Assembly: GCF_003334385.1 (NCBI RefSeq)
Contig: NZ_QOWN01000006.1
Source of the DNA: Escherichia coli
Lineage (GTDB): Bacteria > Pseudomonadota > Gammaproteobacteria > Enterobacterales > Enterobacteriaceae
Length of the DNA: 64,000 nt
Reading direction: 5' to 3' (one strand)
Shown here: piece after piece, positions 10,200 through 21,828 of the stretch
Numbering within the stretch: the stretch's first letter is position 1
How the letters are laid out: each line of letters opens with the position of its first letter
Notes under the pieces: model-generated
Seen by the model: only the letters and a program-made list of their open reading frames with translations
Databases searched by the model: none
What the model was told of the DNA's origin: nothing
Made by a program: the position numbers and the translations under genes

Positions 10200-10781
10200 T
10201 TATTCAGTTACAACTGTTTGTACTCTCGCGGGGCCGGGATTATACCAGCCCCATCCGCCGTAGCCATAGGGCCAGCCACGACCGCCATAAAACCATGGAT
10301 CAATCGGCTGAGGCGGCATAATCACCTGCTGGGTTAAATGCCAACGTTTGTAACCCGTTACTTGCATCACCATAAATTTATAGGGCGTATTGCCGATTTT
10401 GCCGTCAACCGCACCAGTGATTGGCCCGACTACCGTAACCAGTTGTCCACGGAAATCCACCGGGTCCAGAAAACCGTTCACATCGGCATAAATGCGACCG
10501 CGAGAAGGTTCTCCCAGCGTCGGTCTGGCTCCGCTGTCCAGCGGTACGGTAGCAATTTCCAGGCGAGTTTTCCCTTGCTGGTTTTGTACCGCAACCACTT
10601 TGCCACCAAAGCGTGCCTCCTGACCAACGTACAGCTGCGGCGCACTCATCACCCGAACTAAATCTTGTTGCGGCGTGGGACTGCTGCCTTTAATGGCGTC
10701 CGGCACAGTGACACAACCGCTCAGCATTAGCGCAAACGTACCTGCCAGTATGCCTTTGATAACATTCTTTTGAACCGCCAT
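10200..10781 (-). CDS. yeaY: Slp-family outer membrane lipoprotein
   Basis: Track ORF 193 aa; lipobox LSGC near N-terminus. Confidence 0.85.
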
Positions 10782-10820
10782 GGTGCGACTCCTTTTTTTC
10801 TCAGGGCATACTCTTAAGAT

Positions 10821-11516
10821 TCATTCTTTGCCCGGAAGTTTCTTCCATGCGACGTTGTTACGTAAATAAACCGGTTCGGCATGTTCCACCGCCACCGTTT
10901 TACCCTCAGCAAACATCTGACACGCAATCGGCAGCATATCTTCAGCAGCAGGCAGTAACACTTCGCCATCGCGCAAAACCAGCCCGCTCTCTTTACCGAG
11001 ATCCGGCCAAGCTTGCCAGCCCGTCCCTACCGTCACCCATTCGCCGGAAAGCTGTTGCATTCGTTCATGGACGATTTCGGGTTTGAGTACGGCTTCGGTT
11101 TCTTCACCGTGCCAGATACCGTTTTCATCACGCTGATATTCGGCCCAGTAAACTTCGCCCATTCGCGCGTCAATGGCTGCCAGCACGCGGGTTGCGCCGT
11201 TTTTGCGCCACGCCCCTTGCGCCATCGTCATTAGCGTGGAGACGCCAATCATCGGTAATTCCGCGCCAAGCGCCAGCCCTTGCGCGATGCCAATACCAAT
11301 GCGCACGCCAGTAAAGCTACCGGGGCCGCGCCCGTAAGCCAGAGCGTTAATATCAGTCAGGGAAGTTCCGCTGGTGGTCAGGATATCCTGCACCATCGGT
11401 AAGATTCGTTGAGTATGTTCACGAGGGCAAAGCTCAAAATGAGCGTTGACAGTACCGTCGTTCCACAGGGCGACAGAGCAGGCCTCTGTCGCGGTATCGA
11501 TAGCCAGAATTCGCAT
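10821..11516 (-). CDS. tsaB: tRNA threonylcarbamoyladenosine biosynthesis protein TsaB
   Basis: Track ORF 231 aa, [11 protein letters not shown] start typical of YeaZ/TsaB. Confidence 0.9.
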   Translation of the reverse strand: MRILAIDTATEACSVALWNDGTVNAHFELCPREHTQRILPMVQDILTTSGTSLTDINALAYGRGPGSFTGVRIGIGIAQGLALGAELPMIGVSTLMTMAQGAWRKNGATRVLAAIDARMGEVYWAEYQRDENGIWHGEETEAVLKPEIVHERMQQLSGEWVTVGTGWQAWPDLGKESGLVLRDGEVLLPAAEDMLPIACQMFAEGKTVAVEHAEPVYLRNNVAWKKLPGKE

Positions 11517-11573
11517 GGGTCTTCGTGCTTAGATCAATAAAAAGGCGCGCATCATACCATACTCCGTAACAAA

Positions 11574-13484
11574 TTACCTGGAGGATGGTATCGCAAGGAA
11601 ACGAACCGCACGGGCAATGTCACGGGTGCGTGGCGCGGGCGGCAGACTGGCGAGAAACGTCGCGCCGTAAGGACGCATCACCAGCCGATTGTCACAAATC
11701 ACCAGCACGCCACGATCGTCGGCGTCGCGAATCAGTCGCCCTACCCCCTGTTTGAGAGTAATGACGGCATCTGGTAGTTGCACTTCATCGAACGGGTCGC
11801 CACCGCGCAAACGACAATCTTCCATGCGCGCTTTTAACAGTGGATCATCCGGCGAGGTAAACGGCAATTTGTCGATAATTACCAATGACAATGTATCGCC
11901 ACGCACGTCCACCCCTTCCCAGAAACTGCTGGTTGCCACAAGAAGCGCATTACCGGCGCTGACAAATTGCTGCAACAGTTGCCCTTTGCTGGTTTCCCCC
12001 TGCAACAATACAGGAAGCGTCATGGTAGCGCGGAACTGCTCGGCCAGATCGCGCATCATGGCGTGCGAGGTACAAAGCATAAAACAACGACCGTTGTTAG
12101 CTTCGATGATCGGTCGCAGCATTGCCGCTAACAGGCGAGCAGAACCTGGCTGGTTGGTTTGCGGCAGATTGCGCGGCACACAGAGTAACGCCTGGCGGCT
12201 GTAATCAAATGGGCTGGGCAACAGCAACGACTCGGCCTGTTCGATGCCAAGCCGCGAGGTGAAATGATGCAGATCGTCGTTCACCGACAGCGTTGCTGAG
12301 GTGAAGATCCAGCTACCGGGTTTTTGCGCCATTAACTCTTTGAATTTATCCGCCACGCTGAGCGGCGTGAGAGCCAGAGTAAAATGGCGCGAAGTGCATT
12401 CGTACCAGTAGCTGTAGCCCGGCTGATTGATCTCTTTTAGCCGCTTCAGCCGTGTGCGATACAACGTGGCGCGCTCAAATGCCGCATCCAGCAAGGCGGA
12501 ACGCCCCAGTGACAGTTTCGCCACGTCATAACAAAGTTCCAGGGTGTCATCGAGCAGTAAAAATGCCCGCTGAATTTGCGGATTAGCTAACAGCTCACGC
12601 AGGTTACCGCGATAACCTGGCTCACCGAGTTGCAGACGAAAATCCTGCGCACTCTGGGCAAGACGATCAGCGCACTTTTGTAACTGCTGGGTGTCTTTTA
12701 ATTCGGTGCGGTAGGCGATGGTGATGTCTTTTGCCAGGTCGAGCAGTTGTCGACTGGAGAGTGACTGACCAAAATACTGGCTGGCAATGTCCGGTAGCTG
12801 GTGGGCTTCGTCGAAGATCATGACGTCCGCTTCCGGGATCAGTTCGCCAAATCCACTCTCTTTAACCACCATATCCGCCAGAAAGAGATGATGGTTTACC
12901 ACCACCACATCGGCGTCCATCGCTTTTTTACGTGCTTTGACCACAAAGCAATCTTTATACATCGGGCAGTCGCTGCCAAGACAGTTGTCGTTGGTGCTGG
13001 TGACCAGCGGCCACGCCTGTGAATCTTCCGCCACGCTGACGCAGGTGCTGATATCACCATCGACTGTTTGATTAGACCAGGAGCGCAGCAGGATCACATC
13101 GCTTAAGATTTGTACCGGCAGATCGCCCCCCGCCAGCGCCTGCTGTTCGAGACGTTCGAGGCAGAGGTAGTTTGAGCGCCCTTTCAGCAGCGCCACGTTG
13201 CCCGTATATTTCAATGCCTTTGAGACTGTTGGCAAATCGCGGCTGTAGAGCTGATCCTGCAACGCTTTTGAGCCGGTCGAGATAATGACTTTCTTTTTCG
13301 CCCGCAGCGCAGGAGCCAGGTAAGCGTAGGTTTTGCCCGTACCGGTTCCTGCTTCCACCACCAGCGGCTGGCCTTTTTCTATCGCCTGGGTGACGGCTAC
13401 CGCCATCTGTCGCTGTGGTTCTCGCGGCTTAAAGCCTGGTATCGCTTTCGCCAGCTGACCGTCTGGTGCAAAATCGTCCGTCAC
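11574..13484 (-). CDS. yoaA: DinG-family ATP-dependent DNA helicase
   Basis: Track ORF 636 aa; Walker A GTGTGKT, DEAH box and Cys cluster seen. Confidence 0.9.
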   Translation of the reverse strand: MTDDFAPDGQLAKAIPGFKPREPQRQMAVAVTQAIEKGQPLVVEAGTGTGKTYAYLAPALRAKKKVIISTGSKALQDQLYSRDLPTVSKALKYTGNVALLKGRSNYLCLERLEQQALAGGDLPVQILSDVILLRSWSNQTVDGDISTCVSVAEDSQAWPLVTSTNDNCLGSDCPMYKDCFVVKARKKAMDADVVVVNHHLFLADMVVKESGFGELIPEADVMIFDEAHQLPDIASQYFGQSLSSRQLLDLAKDITIAYRTELKDTQQLQKCADRLAQSAQDFRLQLGEPGYRGNLRELLANPQIQRAFLLLDDTLELCYDVAKLSLGRSALLDAAFERATLYRTRLKRLKEINQPGYSYWYECTSRHFTLALTPLSVADKFKELMAQKPGSWIFTSATLSVNDDLHHFTSRLGIEQAESLLLPSPFDYSRQALLCVPRNLPQTNQPGSARLLAAMLRPIIEANNGRCFMLCTSHAMMRDLAEQFRATMTLPVLLQGETSKGQLLQQFVSAGNALLVATSSFWEGVDVRGDTLSLVIIDKLPFTSPDDPLLKARMEDCRLRGGDPFDEVQLPDAVITLKQGVGRLIRDADDRGVLVICDNRLVMRPYGATFLASLPPAPRTRDIARAVRFLAIPSSR

Positions 13485-13615
13485 ACTACCCCCTGTTGAT
13501 TTGAACAGGGATTATGTCAGGATGAGGGCGCTTTCGCCAGTTGAAGTGGTGACGGCGACCTCACATTGTGGCAGTCTTTGCAGCACGAAAATGGAAGTAT
13601 AATGAGGACAAAATG

Positions 13616-13960
13616 ATGACTATCGTTCGTATCGATGCTGAAGCCCGCTGGTCTGATGTAGTAATCCACAACAACACGCTCTACTACACTGGTGTACCGG
13701 AAAACCTCGACGCCGATGCCTTTGAGCAAACCGCCAACACGCTGGCACAGATTGACGCCGTGCTGGAAAAACAGGGCAGCAATAAATCGAGCATTCTGGA
13801 TGCCACCATTTTCCTGGCCGATAAAAACGACTTCGCGGCGATGAATAAAGCGTGGGATGCCTGGGTTGTCGCGGGTCATGCGCCGGTGCGCTGCACGGTA
13901 CAAGCGGGTTTGATGAACCCGAAGTATAAAGTTGAAATTAAGATTGTGGCTGCGGTGTAA
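13616..13960 (+). CDS. yoaB: RidA/YjgF-family protein
   Basis: Track ORF 13568-13960; known 114-aa protein starts MTIVRID. Confidence 0.8.
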   Translation: MTIVRIDAEARWSDVVIHNNTLYYTGVPENLDADAFEQTANTLAQIDAVLEKQGSNKSSILDATIFLADKNDFAAMNKAWDAWVVAGHAPVRCTVQAGLMNPKYKVEIKIVAAV

Positions 13961-14381
13961 GCTTTATCGAAGCAAAATAAGTCAGACGATAATTTATCGA
14001 TAATACTGGTCGGTTTTACATAAATCGACCAGAGAATAAGATATTACTGTTGATGCTTCTGCTAATTCATTATTTATATTTATAATTTCAATTTTATCTA
14101 TAAAACTAACTATATAAATAAACATAAACATGCCGTTGTGTTCGCCCTTTGATTAGCAACTCTGGTTTTCTTTCTTAGCTGAACAATCTGGTTATAGCGT
14201 GCGGACTGACCGTTAAATTTCTCCATCTTACTGGATAACACACCATGAGCTGCTACCTTTAAAACACCTGAATGTCAACAGGTTAACTCGTGCCATATCG
14301 TTATAATCCCTTTGATATTAGATGCAAATTAAGGTCATATATAGCCTTATCGATAACATGGTTAATTTTAAGGATAAGAAT

Positions 14382-14681
14382 ATGCCTGCTGTAATAGATA
14401 AAGCCCTGGATTTCATTGGTGCCATGGATGTATCAGCGCCAACACCAAGTTCGATGAATGAAAGCACGGCGAAGGGAATCTTTAAATATTTAAAAGAACT
14501 GGGAGTACCCGCGAGTGCCGCTGATATTACGGCGCGAGCTGACCAGGAAGGCTGGAACCCTGGGTTCACGGAAAAAATGGTTGGATGGGCAAAAAAAATG
14601 GAGACAGGTGAACGTTCTGTGATTAAAAATCCTGAATACTTTTCAACATATATGCAGGAAGAACTAAAAGCACTGGTCTGA
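14382..14681 (+). CDS. yoaC: DUF1889 protein YoaC
   Basis: Track ORF 14322-14681; internal ATG at 14382 (MPAVIDK) gives the 99-aa product. Confidence 0.75.
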   Translation: MPAVIDKALDFIGAMDVSAPTPSSMNESTAKGIFKYLKELGVPASAADITARADQEGWNPGFTEKMVGWAKKMETGERSVIKNPEYFSTYMQEELKALV

Positions 14682-14709
14682 GTTAAATTTATATCAGCAT
14701 AAATGGGTC

Positions 14710-14747
14710 AGGACGCTTTTAATCACATATAAAAAGCGTCCTTTTTC
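14710..14747 (+). terminator. rho-independent terminator after yoaC
   Basis: AGGACGCTTTT...AAAAGCGTCCT hairpin followed by T5. Confidence 0.7.
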
Positions 14748-14800
14748 TCACAATCAAATGATCATCGGCTTCTATAACGAAATCGATACGGATTAGTGTG

Positions 14801-14980
14801 TTACTCGTCTTCATCCTCAAAACGCGCCACGATTCGCTCGCCGGAGTGGTTGGCACGCAGCTCTTCTGCCACCAGCGCGATTGCCTGGCCGCTGCTCATC
14901 CCTTGTGCCATCAGTTCCTGGATCCGCTCGACAGCTTTTTGCTGCTGTTCATGGGTGAGTGAAGGTAAACCTGCAAACAT
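14801..14980 (-). CDS. yoaH: UPF0181 small protein YoaH (59 aa)
   Basis: Not in ORF track (<60 aa); minus-strand [30 protein letters not shown]...EDEDE with AGGAG SD upstream. Confidence 0.75.
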
Positions 14981-15053
14981 TGTTAACTCCTGCTAAATTG
15001 TTGGCGCTAATTATTTCATGCTACCCGGCACATAGCCAGTAGAGTCAGGACTG

Positions 15054-16415
15054 ATGAAGACGTTATCTCCCGCTGTGATTACTTTACCCTGGCGTCAGGA
15101 CGCCGCTGAATTTTATTTCTCCCGCTTAAGCCACCTGCCGTGGGCGATGCTTTTACACTCCGGCTATGCCGATCATCCGTATAGCCGCTTTGATATTGTG
15201 GTCGCCGAGCCGATTTGCACTTTAACCACTTTCGGTAAAGAAACCGTTGTTAGTGAAAGCGAAAAACGCACAACGACCACTGATGACCCGCTACAGGTGC
15301 TCCAGCAGGTGCTGGATCGCGCAGACATTCGCCCAACGCATAACGAAGATTTGCCATTTCAGGGCGGCGCACTGGGGTTGTTTGGCTACGATCTGGGCCG
15401 CCGTTTTGAGTCACTGCCAGAAATTGCGGAACAAGATATCGTTCTGCCGGATATGGCAGTGGGTATCTACGATTGGGCGCTCATTGTCGACCACCAGCGT
15501 CATACAGTTTCTTTGCTGAGTCATAATGATGTCAATGCCCGTCGGGCCTGGCTGGAAAGCCAGCAATTCTCGCCGCAGGAAGATTTCACGCTCACTTCCG
15601 ACTGGCAATCCAATATGACCCGCGAGCAGTACGGCGAAAAATTTCGCCAGGTACAGGAATATCTGCACAGCGGTGATTGCTATCAGGTGAATCTCGCCCA
15701 ACGTTTTCATGCGACCTATTCTGGCGATGAATGGCAGGCATTCCTTCAGCTTAATCAGGCCAACCGCGCGCCATTTAGCGCTTTTTTACGTCTTGAACAG
15801 GGTGCAATTTTAAGCCTTTCGCCAGAGCGGTTTATTCTTTGTGATAATAGTGAAATCCAGACCCGCCCGATTAAAGGCACGCTACCACGCCTGCCCGATC
15901 CTCAGGAAGATAGCAAACAAGCAGTAAAACTGGCGAACTCAGCGAAAGATCGTGCCGAAAATCTGATGATTGTCGATTTAATGCGTAATGATATCGGTCG
16001 TGTTGCCGTAGCAGGTTCGGTAAAAGTACCAGAGCTGTTCGTGGTGGAACCCTTCCCTGCCGTGCATCATCTGGTCAGCACCATAACGGCGCAACTACCA
16101 GAACAGTTACACGCCAGCGATCTGCTGCGCGCAGCTTTTCCTGGTGGCTCAATAACCGGGGCTCCGAAAGTACGGGCTATGGAAATTATCGACGAACTGG
16201 AACCGCAGCGACGCAATGCCTGGTGCGGCAGCATTGGCTATTTGAGCTTTTGCGGCAACATGGATACCAGTATTACTATCCGCACGCTGACTGCCATTAA
16301 CGGACAAATTTTCTGCTCTGCGGGCGGTGGAATTGTCGCCGATAGCCAGGAAGAAGCGGAATATCAGGAAACTTTTGATAAAGTTAATCGTATCCTGAAG
16401 CAACTGGAGAAGTAA
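15054..16415 (+). CDS. pabB: aminodeoxychorismate synthase component I
   Basis: Track ORF 453 aa, chorismate-binding family. Confidence 0.9.
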   Translation: MKTLSPAVITLPWRQDAAEFYFSRLSHLPWAMLLHSGYADHPYSRFDIVVAEPICTLTTFGKETVVSESEKRTTTTDDPLQVLQQVLDRADIRPTHNEDLPFQGGALGLFGYDLGRRFESLPEIAEQDIVLPDMAVGIYDWALIVDHQRHTVSLLSHNDVNARRAWLESQQFSPQEDFTLTSDWQSNMTREQYGEKFRQVQEYLHSGDCYQVNLAQRFHATYSGDEWQAFLQLNQANRAPFSAFLRLEQGAILSLSPERFILCDNSEIQTRPIKGTLPRLPDPQEDSKQAVKLANSAKDRAENLMIVDLMRNDIGRVAVAGSVKVPELFVVEPFPAVHHLVSTITAQLPEQLHASDLLRAAFPGGSITGAPKVRAMEIIDELEPQRRNAWCGSIGYLSFCGNMDTSITIRTLTAINGQIFCSAGGGIVADSQEEAEYQETFDKVNRILKQLEK

Positions 16416-16418
16416 GAC

Positions 16419-16997
16419 GTGGAATACCGTAGCCTGACGCTTGATGATTTTTTATCGCGCTTTCAACTTTTGCGCCCGCAAATTAACCGGGAAACCCTAA
16501 ATCATCGTCAGGCTGCTGTGTTAATCCCCATCGTCCGTCGACCGCAACCGGGGTTGTTGCTGACTCAGCGTTCGATTCATCTGCGTAAACACGCTGGACA
16601 AGTGGCATTCCCTGGAGGTGCAGTCGATGACACGGACGCATCAGCTATCGCCGCCGCGCTGCGCGAAGCTGAAGAAGAGGTCGCTATACCGCCTTCCGCC
16701 GTTGAAGTTATCGGCGTGCTGCCGCCCGTCGATAGCGTCACTGGCTACCAGGTAACCCCAGTGGTCGGCATTATCCCGCCCGATCTGCCGTATCGCGCCA
16801 GTGAAGATGAAGTCTCGGCGGTGTTTGAAATGCCGCTCGCCCAGGCATTACATCTGGGTCGTTATCACCCTTTAGATATCTACCGCCGTGGTGATTCACA
16901 TCGGGTATGGCTGTCCTGGTACGAACAGTATTTTGTATGGGGAATGACCGCAGGCATAATTCGTGAGCTGGCGCTGCAAATTGGTGTGAAACCCTGA
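16419..16997 (+). CDS. nudL: Nudix CoA pyrophosphatase
   Basis: Track ORF 192 aa; Nudix box region GGAVDDTD...EAEEE. Confidence 0.85.
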
Positions 16998-17180
16998 CTA
17001 TACTTATCTTTACATCTACAAAACACTACTTGAGACAATCATCGCAATATTAGTTAAATCGCGGTTTTTGATTAGTTTAATTCATGTGAATAGTTAAGCC
17101 AGTCGCCGCGTTCCCTCTTACACTATGCGCTGTTATTAGTTCGTTACTGGAAGTCCAGTCACCTTGTCAGGAGTATTATC

Positions 17181-18545
17181 GTGATTAGTCTATTCGACAT
17201 GTTTAAGGTGGGGATTGGTCCCTCATCTTCCCATACCGTAGGGCCTATGAAGGCAGGTAAACAGTTCGTCGATGATCTGGTCGAAAAAGGCTTACTGGAT
17301 AGCGTTACTCGCGTTGCCGTGGACGTTTATGGTTCACTGTCGCTGACGGGTAAAGGCCACCACACCGATATCGCCATTATTATGGGTCTTGCAGGTAACG
17401 AACCTGCCACCGTGGATATCGACAGTATTCCCGGTTTTATTCGCGACGTAGAAGAGCGCGAACGTCTGCTGCTGGCACAGGGACGGCATGAAGTGGATTT
17501 CCCGCGCGACAACGGGATGCGTTTTCATAACGGCAACCTGCCGCTGCATGAAAACGGTATGCAAATCCACGCCTATAACGGCGATGAAGTCGTCTACAGC
17601 AAAACTTATTATTCCATCGGCGGCGGTTTTATCGTCGATGAAGAACACTTTGGTCAGGATGCTGCCAACGAAGTAAGCGTGCCGTATCCGTTCAAATCTG
17701 CCACCGAACTGCTCGCGTACTGTAATGAAACCGGCTATTCGCTGTCTGGTCTCGCTATGCAGAACGAACTGGCGCTGCACAGCAAGAAAGAGATCGACGA
17801 GTATTTCGCGCATGTCTGGCAAACCATGCAGGCATGTATCGATCGCGGGATGAACACCGAAGGTGTACTGCCAGGCCCGCTGCGCGTGCCACGTCGTGCG
17901 TCTGCCCTGCGCCGGATGCTGGTTTCCAGCGATAAACTGTCTAACGATCCGATGAATGTCATTGACTGGGTAAACATGTTTGCGCTGGCAGTTAACGAAG
18001 AAAACGCCGCCGGTGGTCGTGTGGTAACTGCGCCAACCAACGGTGCCTGCGGTATCGTTCCGGCAGTGCTGGCTTACTATGACCACTTTATTGAATCGGT
18101 CAGCCCGGACATCTATACCCGTTACTTTATGGCAGCGGGCGCGATTGGTGCATTGTATAAAATGAACGCCTCTATTTCCGGTGCGGAAGTTGGTTGCCAG
18201 GGCGAAGTGGGTGTTGCCTGTTCAATGGCTGCTGCGGGTCTTGCAGAACTGCTGGGCGGTAGCCCGGAACAGGTTTGCGTGGCGGCGGAAATTGGCATGG
18301 AACACAACCTTGGTTTAACCTGCGACCCGGTTGCAGGGCAGGTTCAGGTGCCGTGCATTGAGCGTAATGCCATTGCCTCTGTGAAGGCGATTAACGCCGC
18401 GCGGATGGCTCTGCGCCGCACCAGTGCACCGCGCGTCTCGCTGGATAAGGTCATCGAAACGATGTACGAAACCGGTAAGGACATGAACGCCAAATACCGC
18501 GAAACCTCACGCGGTGGTCTGGCAATCAAAGTCCAGTGTGACTAA
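17181..18545 (+). CDS. sdaA: L-serine dehydratase 1
   Basis: Track ORF 454 aa, GTG start, [19 protein letters not shown]. Confidence 0.9.
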   Translation: MISLFDMFKVGIGPSSSHTVGPMKAGKQFVDDLVEKGLLDSVTRVAVDVYGSLSLTGKGHHTDIAIIMGLAGNEPATVDIDSIPGFIRDVEERERLLLAQGRHEVDFPRDNGMRFHNGNLPLHENGMQIHAYNGDEVVYSKTYYSIGGGFIVDEEHFGQDAANEVSVPYPFKSATELLAYCNETGYSLSGLAMQNELALHSKKEIDEYFAHVWQTMQACIDRGMNTEGVLPGPLRVPRRASALRRMLVSSDKLSNDPMNVIDWVNMFALAVNEENAAGGRVVTAPTNGACGIVPAVLAYYDHFIESVSPDIYTRYFMAAGAIGALYKMNASISGAEVGCQGEVGVACSMAAAGLAELLGGSPEQVCVAAEIGMEHNLGLTCDPVAGQVQVPCIERNAIASVKAINAARMALRRTSAPRVSLDKVIETMYETGKDMNAKYRETSRGGLAIKVQCD

Positions 18546-18555
18546 TACTTCTTAC

Positions 18556-18588
18556 TCGCCCATCTGCAACGGATGGGCGAATTTATAC
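18556..18588 (+). terminator. rho-independent terminator after sdaA
   Basis: TCGCCCATC-TGCAACG-GATGGGCGA hairpin then T-rich. Confidence 0.65.
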
Positions 18589-18675
18589 CCGCTTTCTCGT
18601 CTGCTGTAATATTCCCCACTACACTTCCACTGTTGCGTCAGGCGTTTGTCGCCATACGCTTACAGGGTGGCCCGC

Positions 18676-20274
18676 ATGCAAAAAGCACAACGGATCATTA
18701 AAACCTATCGTCGTAATCGAATGATTGTTTGTACGATTTGCGCACTCGTTACGCTCGCTTCGACCCTGAGCGTGCGATTTATTTCACAGCGTAACTTAAA
18801 TCAACAACGGGTAGTACAATTCGCCAATCACGCTGTAGAGGAATTAGATAAAGTACTGCTTCCCCTACAGGCAGGTAGCGAAGTCTTGCTTCCGCTGATT
18901 GGTCTGCCCTGCTCTGTCGCCCATTTGCCATTACGTAAACAGGCGGCAAAACTCCAAACTGTGCGATCCATTGGCCTGGTGCAAGACGGCACACTTTATT
19001 GCTCCAGCATTTTTGGTTATCGCAATGTGCCCGTCGTGGACATTCTGGCTGAACTTCCTGCACCGCAACCACTTTTACGCCTGACGATCGACCGTGCCCT
19101 GATTAAAGGCAGTCCGGTTTTGATTCAATGGACGCCTGCAGCGGGCAGTAGCAATGCTGGGGTCATGGAGATGATTAACATCGACTTACTGACGGCAATG
19201 CTGCTTGAGCCACAACTGCCGCAAATCAGTAGCGCCAGCCTGACGGTGGACAAACGGCATTTGCTCTATGGTAATGGGCTGGTAGATTCCCTTCCGCAAC
19301 CTGAAGACAATGAAAACTATCAGGTTTCTTCGCAACGCTTTCCTTTTACCATTAACGTTAATGGTCCGGGGGCTACGGCGCTGGCATGGCACTATCTTCC
19401 AACACAATTACCGCTGGCGGTGCTGCTAAGTTTACTGGTGGGCTACATCGCCTGGCTGGCGACCGCTTACCGAATGAGCTTTTCCCGCGAAATCAATCTG
19501 GGCCTGGCGCAACATGAGTTCGAATTGTTCTGTCAGCCTTTGCTTAATGCGCGCAGCCAGCAATGTATTGGTGTAGAGATTTTGCTGCGCTGGAACAATC
19601 CGCGTCAGGGCTGGATTTCACCGGATGTGTTTATTCCTATCGCGGAAGAACATCATTTAATTGTGCCACTGACCCGCTATGTGATGGCAGAAACCATTCG
19701 TCAGCGCCATGTTTTCCCGATGAGTAGTCAGTTTCATGTTGGCATTAACGTCGCACCCAGCCATTTTCGCCGTGGTGTGCTGATAAAAGATCTCAATCAG
19801 TACTGGTTTAGCGCTCACCCGATTCAGCAACTGATCCTCGAAATCACCGAACGCGATGCCTTACTGGATGTTGATTATCGGATTGCCCGCGAGCTGCATC
19901 GTAAAAACGTCAAACTGGCGATTGATGACTTCGGCACCGGCAACAGCTCGTTTTCCTGGCTTGAAACATTACGTCCTGACGTGCTGAAAATTGATAAGTC
20001 ATTTACCGCAGCTATAGGTTCTGACGCGGTTAACTCGACGGTGACCGATATCATCATCGCGCTGGGGCAAAGACTGAATATTGAACTGGTGGCGGAGGGC
20101 GTGGAAACGCAAGAACAGGCGAAGTATTTGCGCCGTCATGGCGTGCATATTTTGCAAGGGTATTTGTACGCACAGCCGATGCCGCTACGTGATTTTCCCA
20201 AATGGCTGGCGGGCAGCCAACCGCCGCCCGCCCGGCATAATGGACATATCACGCCCATTATGCCGTTACGTTAA
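18676..20274 (+). CDS. pdeD: c-di-GMP phosphodiesterase (CSS-motif sensor + EAL domain)
   Basis: Track ORF 18646-20274; EAL-domain C-terminus; start placed at MQKAQRII. Confidence 0.85.
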   Translation: MQKAQRIIKTYRRNRMIVCTICALVTLASTLSVRFISQRNLNQQRVVQFANHAVEELDKVLLPLQAGSEVLLPLIGLPCSVAHLPLRKQAAKLQTVRSIGLVQDGTLYCSSIFGYRNVPVVDILAELPAPQPLLRLTIDRALIKGSPVLIQWTPAAGSSNAGVMEMINIDLLTAMLLEPQLPQISSASLTVDKRHLLYGNGLVDSLPQPEDNENYQVSSQRFPFTINVNGPGATALAWHYLPTQLPLAVLLSLLVGYIAWLATAYRMSFSREINLGLAQHEFELFCQPLLNARSQQCIGVEILLRWNNPRQGWISPDVFIPIAEEHHLIVPLTRYVMAETIRQRHVFPMSSQFHVGINVAPSHFRRGVLIKDLNQYWFSAHPIQQLILEITERDALLDVDYRIARELHRKNVKLAIDDFGTGNSSFSWLETLRPDVLKIDKSFTAAIGSDAVNSTVTDIIIALGQRLNIELVAEGVETQEQAKYLRRHGVHILQGYLYAQPMPLRDFPKWLAGSQPPPARHNGHITPIMPLR

Positions 20275-20277
20275 CGC

Positions 20278-21828
20278 TTACTCATCTTCATCGTGCGCCG
20301 GTTGCTCTTTAACAATGCGAACCAGATCAACACGATAATCATTGGCTTCAATGATGGTGATATGCAGTGGCCCTACATCAATCACATCGCCCACACGGGG
20401 AATGTGACCATTTGCCGAGATCACGAGGCCCGCGACCGTCGCGATATCATCGTCATCGGCAAGGTGCTCAACATCAAGCGCCTGCTGCAAGGCATGCAAA
20501 TCTGTACCGCCTTTTACCAGCCAGCCGTCACCATCAGTAATGATTTCCGGCGTTTCGTCAGCGTCCGGGAATTCACCCGCAATGGCTTCCAGCACATCCA
20601 GCGGCGTGACCAGACCTTGTACCACACCAAACTCGTTGGTCACGATAACAAAGCTCCCGCGAGCACGACGCAGCACGCCCAACAGGTTGATCGGATCGAG
20701 GGTTTCCGGGACGATAATCGCCGGAGACGCCGAAGCAATCGCCGCCACATCAACGCCCTCTTCCAGCGCCACCAGCAGTTCTTTAGCACGTACAATACCG
20801 ATGATTTCATCCAGTTCACCGCGACATACCGGGAACAGACTGTGCGGTGAAGAGAGCAGTTGCTCGCGGATTTCATCGACCCCGAGATTAGCGTCAACCC
20901 AGCTTATTTCACCGCGCGGCGTCATGATCCCGCGCAGAGAACGCGACGCCAGCGTCAGTACGCCGTTAATCATGTAACGTTCTTCTTCGGCAAATGCACC
21001 TTCCGGGATCGGCATCGGGTTATCGGCATCGTGCTGAACATTGGCCTGACGTTTCCCGCCCATCAAACGCAGGATGGCATCGGCAGTACGCGCTCGCAGC
21101 GGCAAAGTCGACTGGTGGCGAATAAAGTTGCGACGCGCAATCTGGTTAAACACTTCGATGATGATCGAGAAGCCAATCGCGGCATACAGGTAACCTTTCG
21201 GAATGTGGAAACCGAAACCTTCTGCCACCAGACTCAGACCAATCATTAACAGGAAGCTCAGACAGAGCACCACCACCGTGGGGTGCTGGTTAACGAATCG
21301 CGTCAGCGGTTTGGATGCCAGCAACATAACCGCCATCGCAATCACTACCGCCGCCATCATCACCGGCAGATGGTTAACCATCCCTACTGCAGTAATTACC
21401 GCATCCAACGAGAAGACGGCGTCAAGGATGACAATCTGTGTGACGACCACCCAGAAACTGGCGTAGCCTTTACCGTGGCCGGAATCATGATCGCGGTTTT
21501 CCAGCCGTTCATGCAGTTCGGTTGTTGCTTTGAACAGCAAGAATATCCCCCCGAACAACATAATCAGGTCGCGTCCGGAGAAGGAGAAATCCATGACGGT
21601 AAATAGCGGTTTGGTCAGCGTGACCATCCATGAAATCAGCGACAGCAGCCCCAGACGCATAATCAGCGCCAGTGATAACCCCAGCAAACGCGCGTTATCG
21701 CGTTGTTTTGGCGGCAGTTTGTCAGCAAGAATGGCGATGAAGACCAGGTTATCGATACCCAGCACAATTTCGAGAACAACAAGCGTGAGTAGCCCCGCCC
21801 AAATTGAGGGGTCCATTAAGAATTCCAT
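20278..21828 (-). CDS. yoaE: TerC-family membrane protein with CBS and CorC/HlyC domains
   Basis: Track ORF 516 aa. Confidence 0.85.

Noticed and set aside
17334-18086. 250-aa minus-strand ORF
   Set aside because: Lies entirely antisense within sdaA, which has a clear identity; no Shine-Dalgarno.
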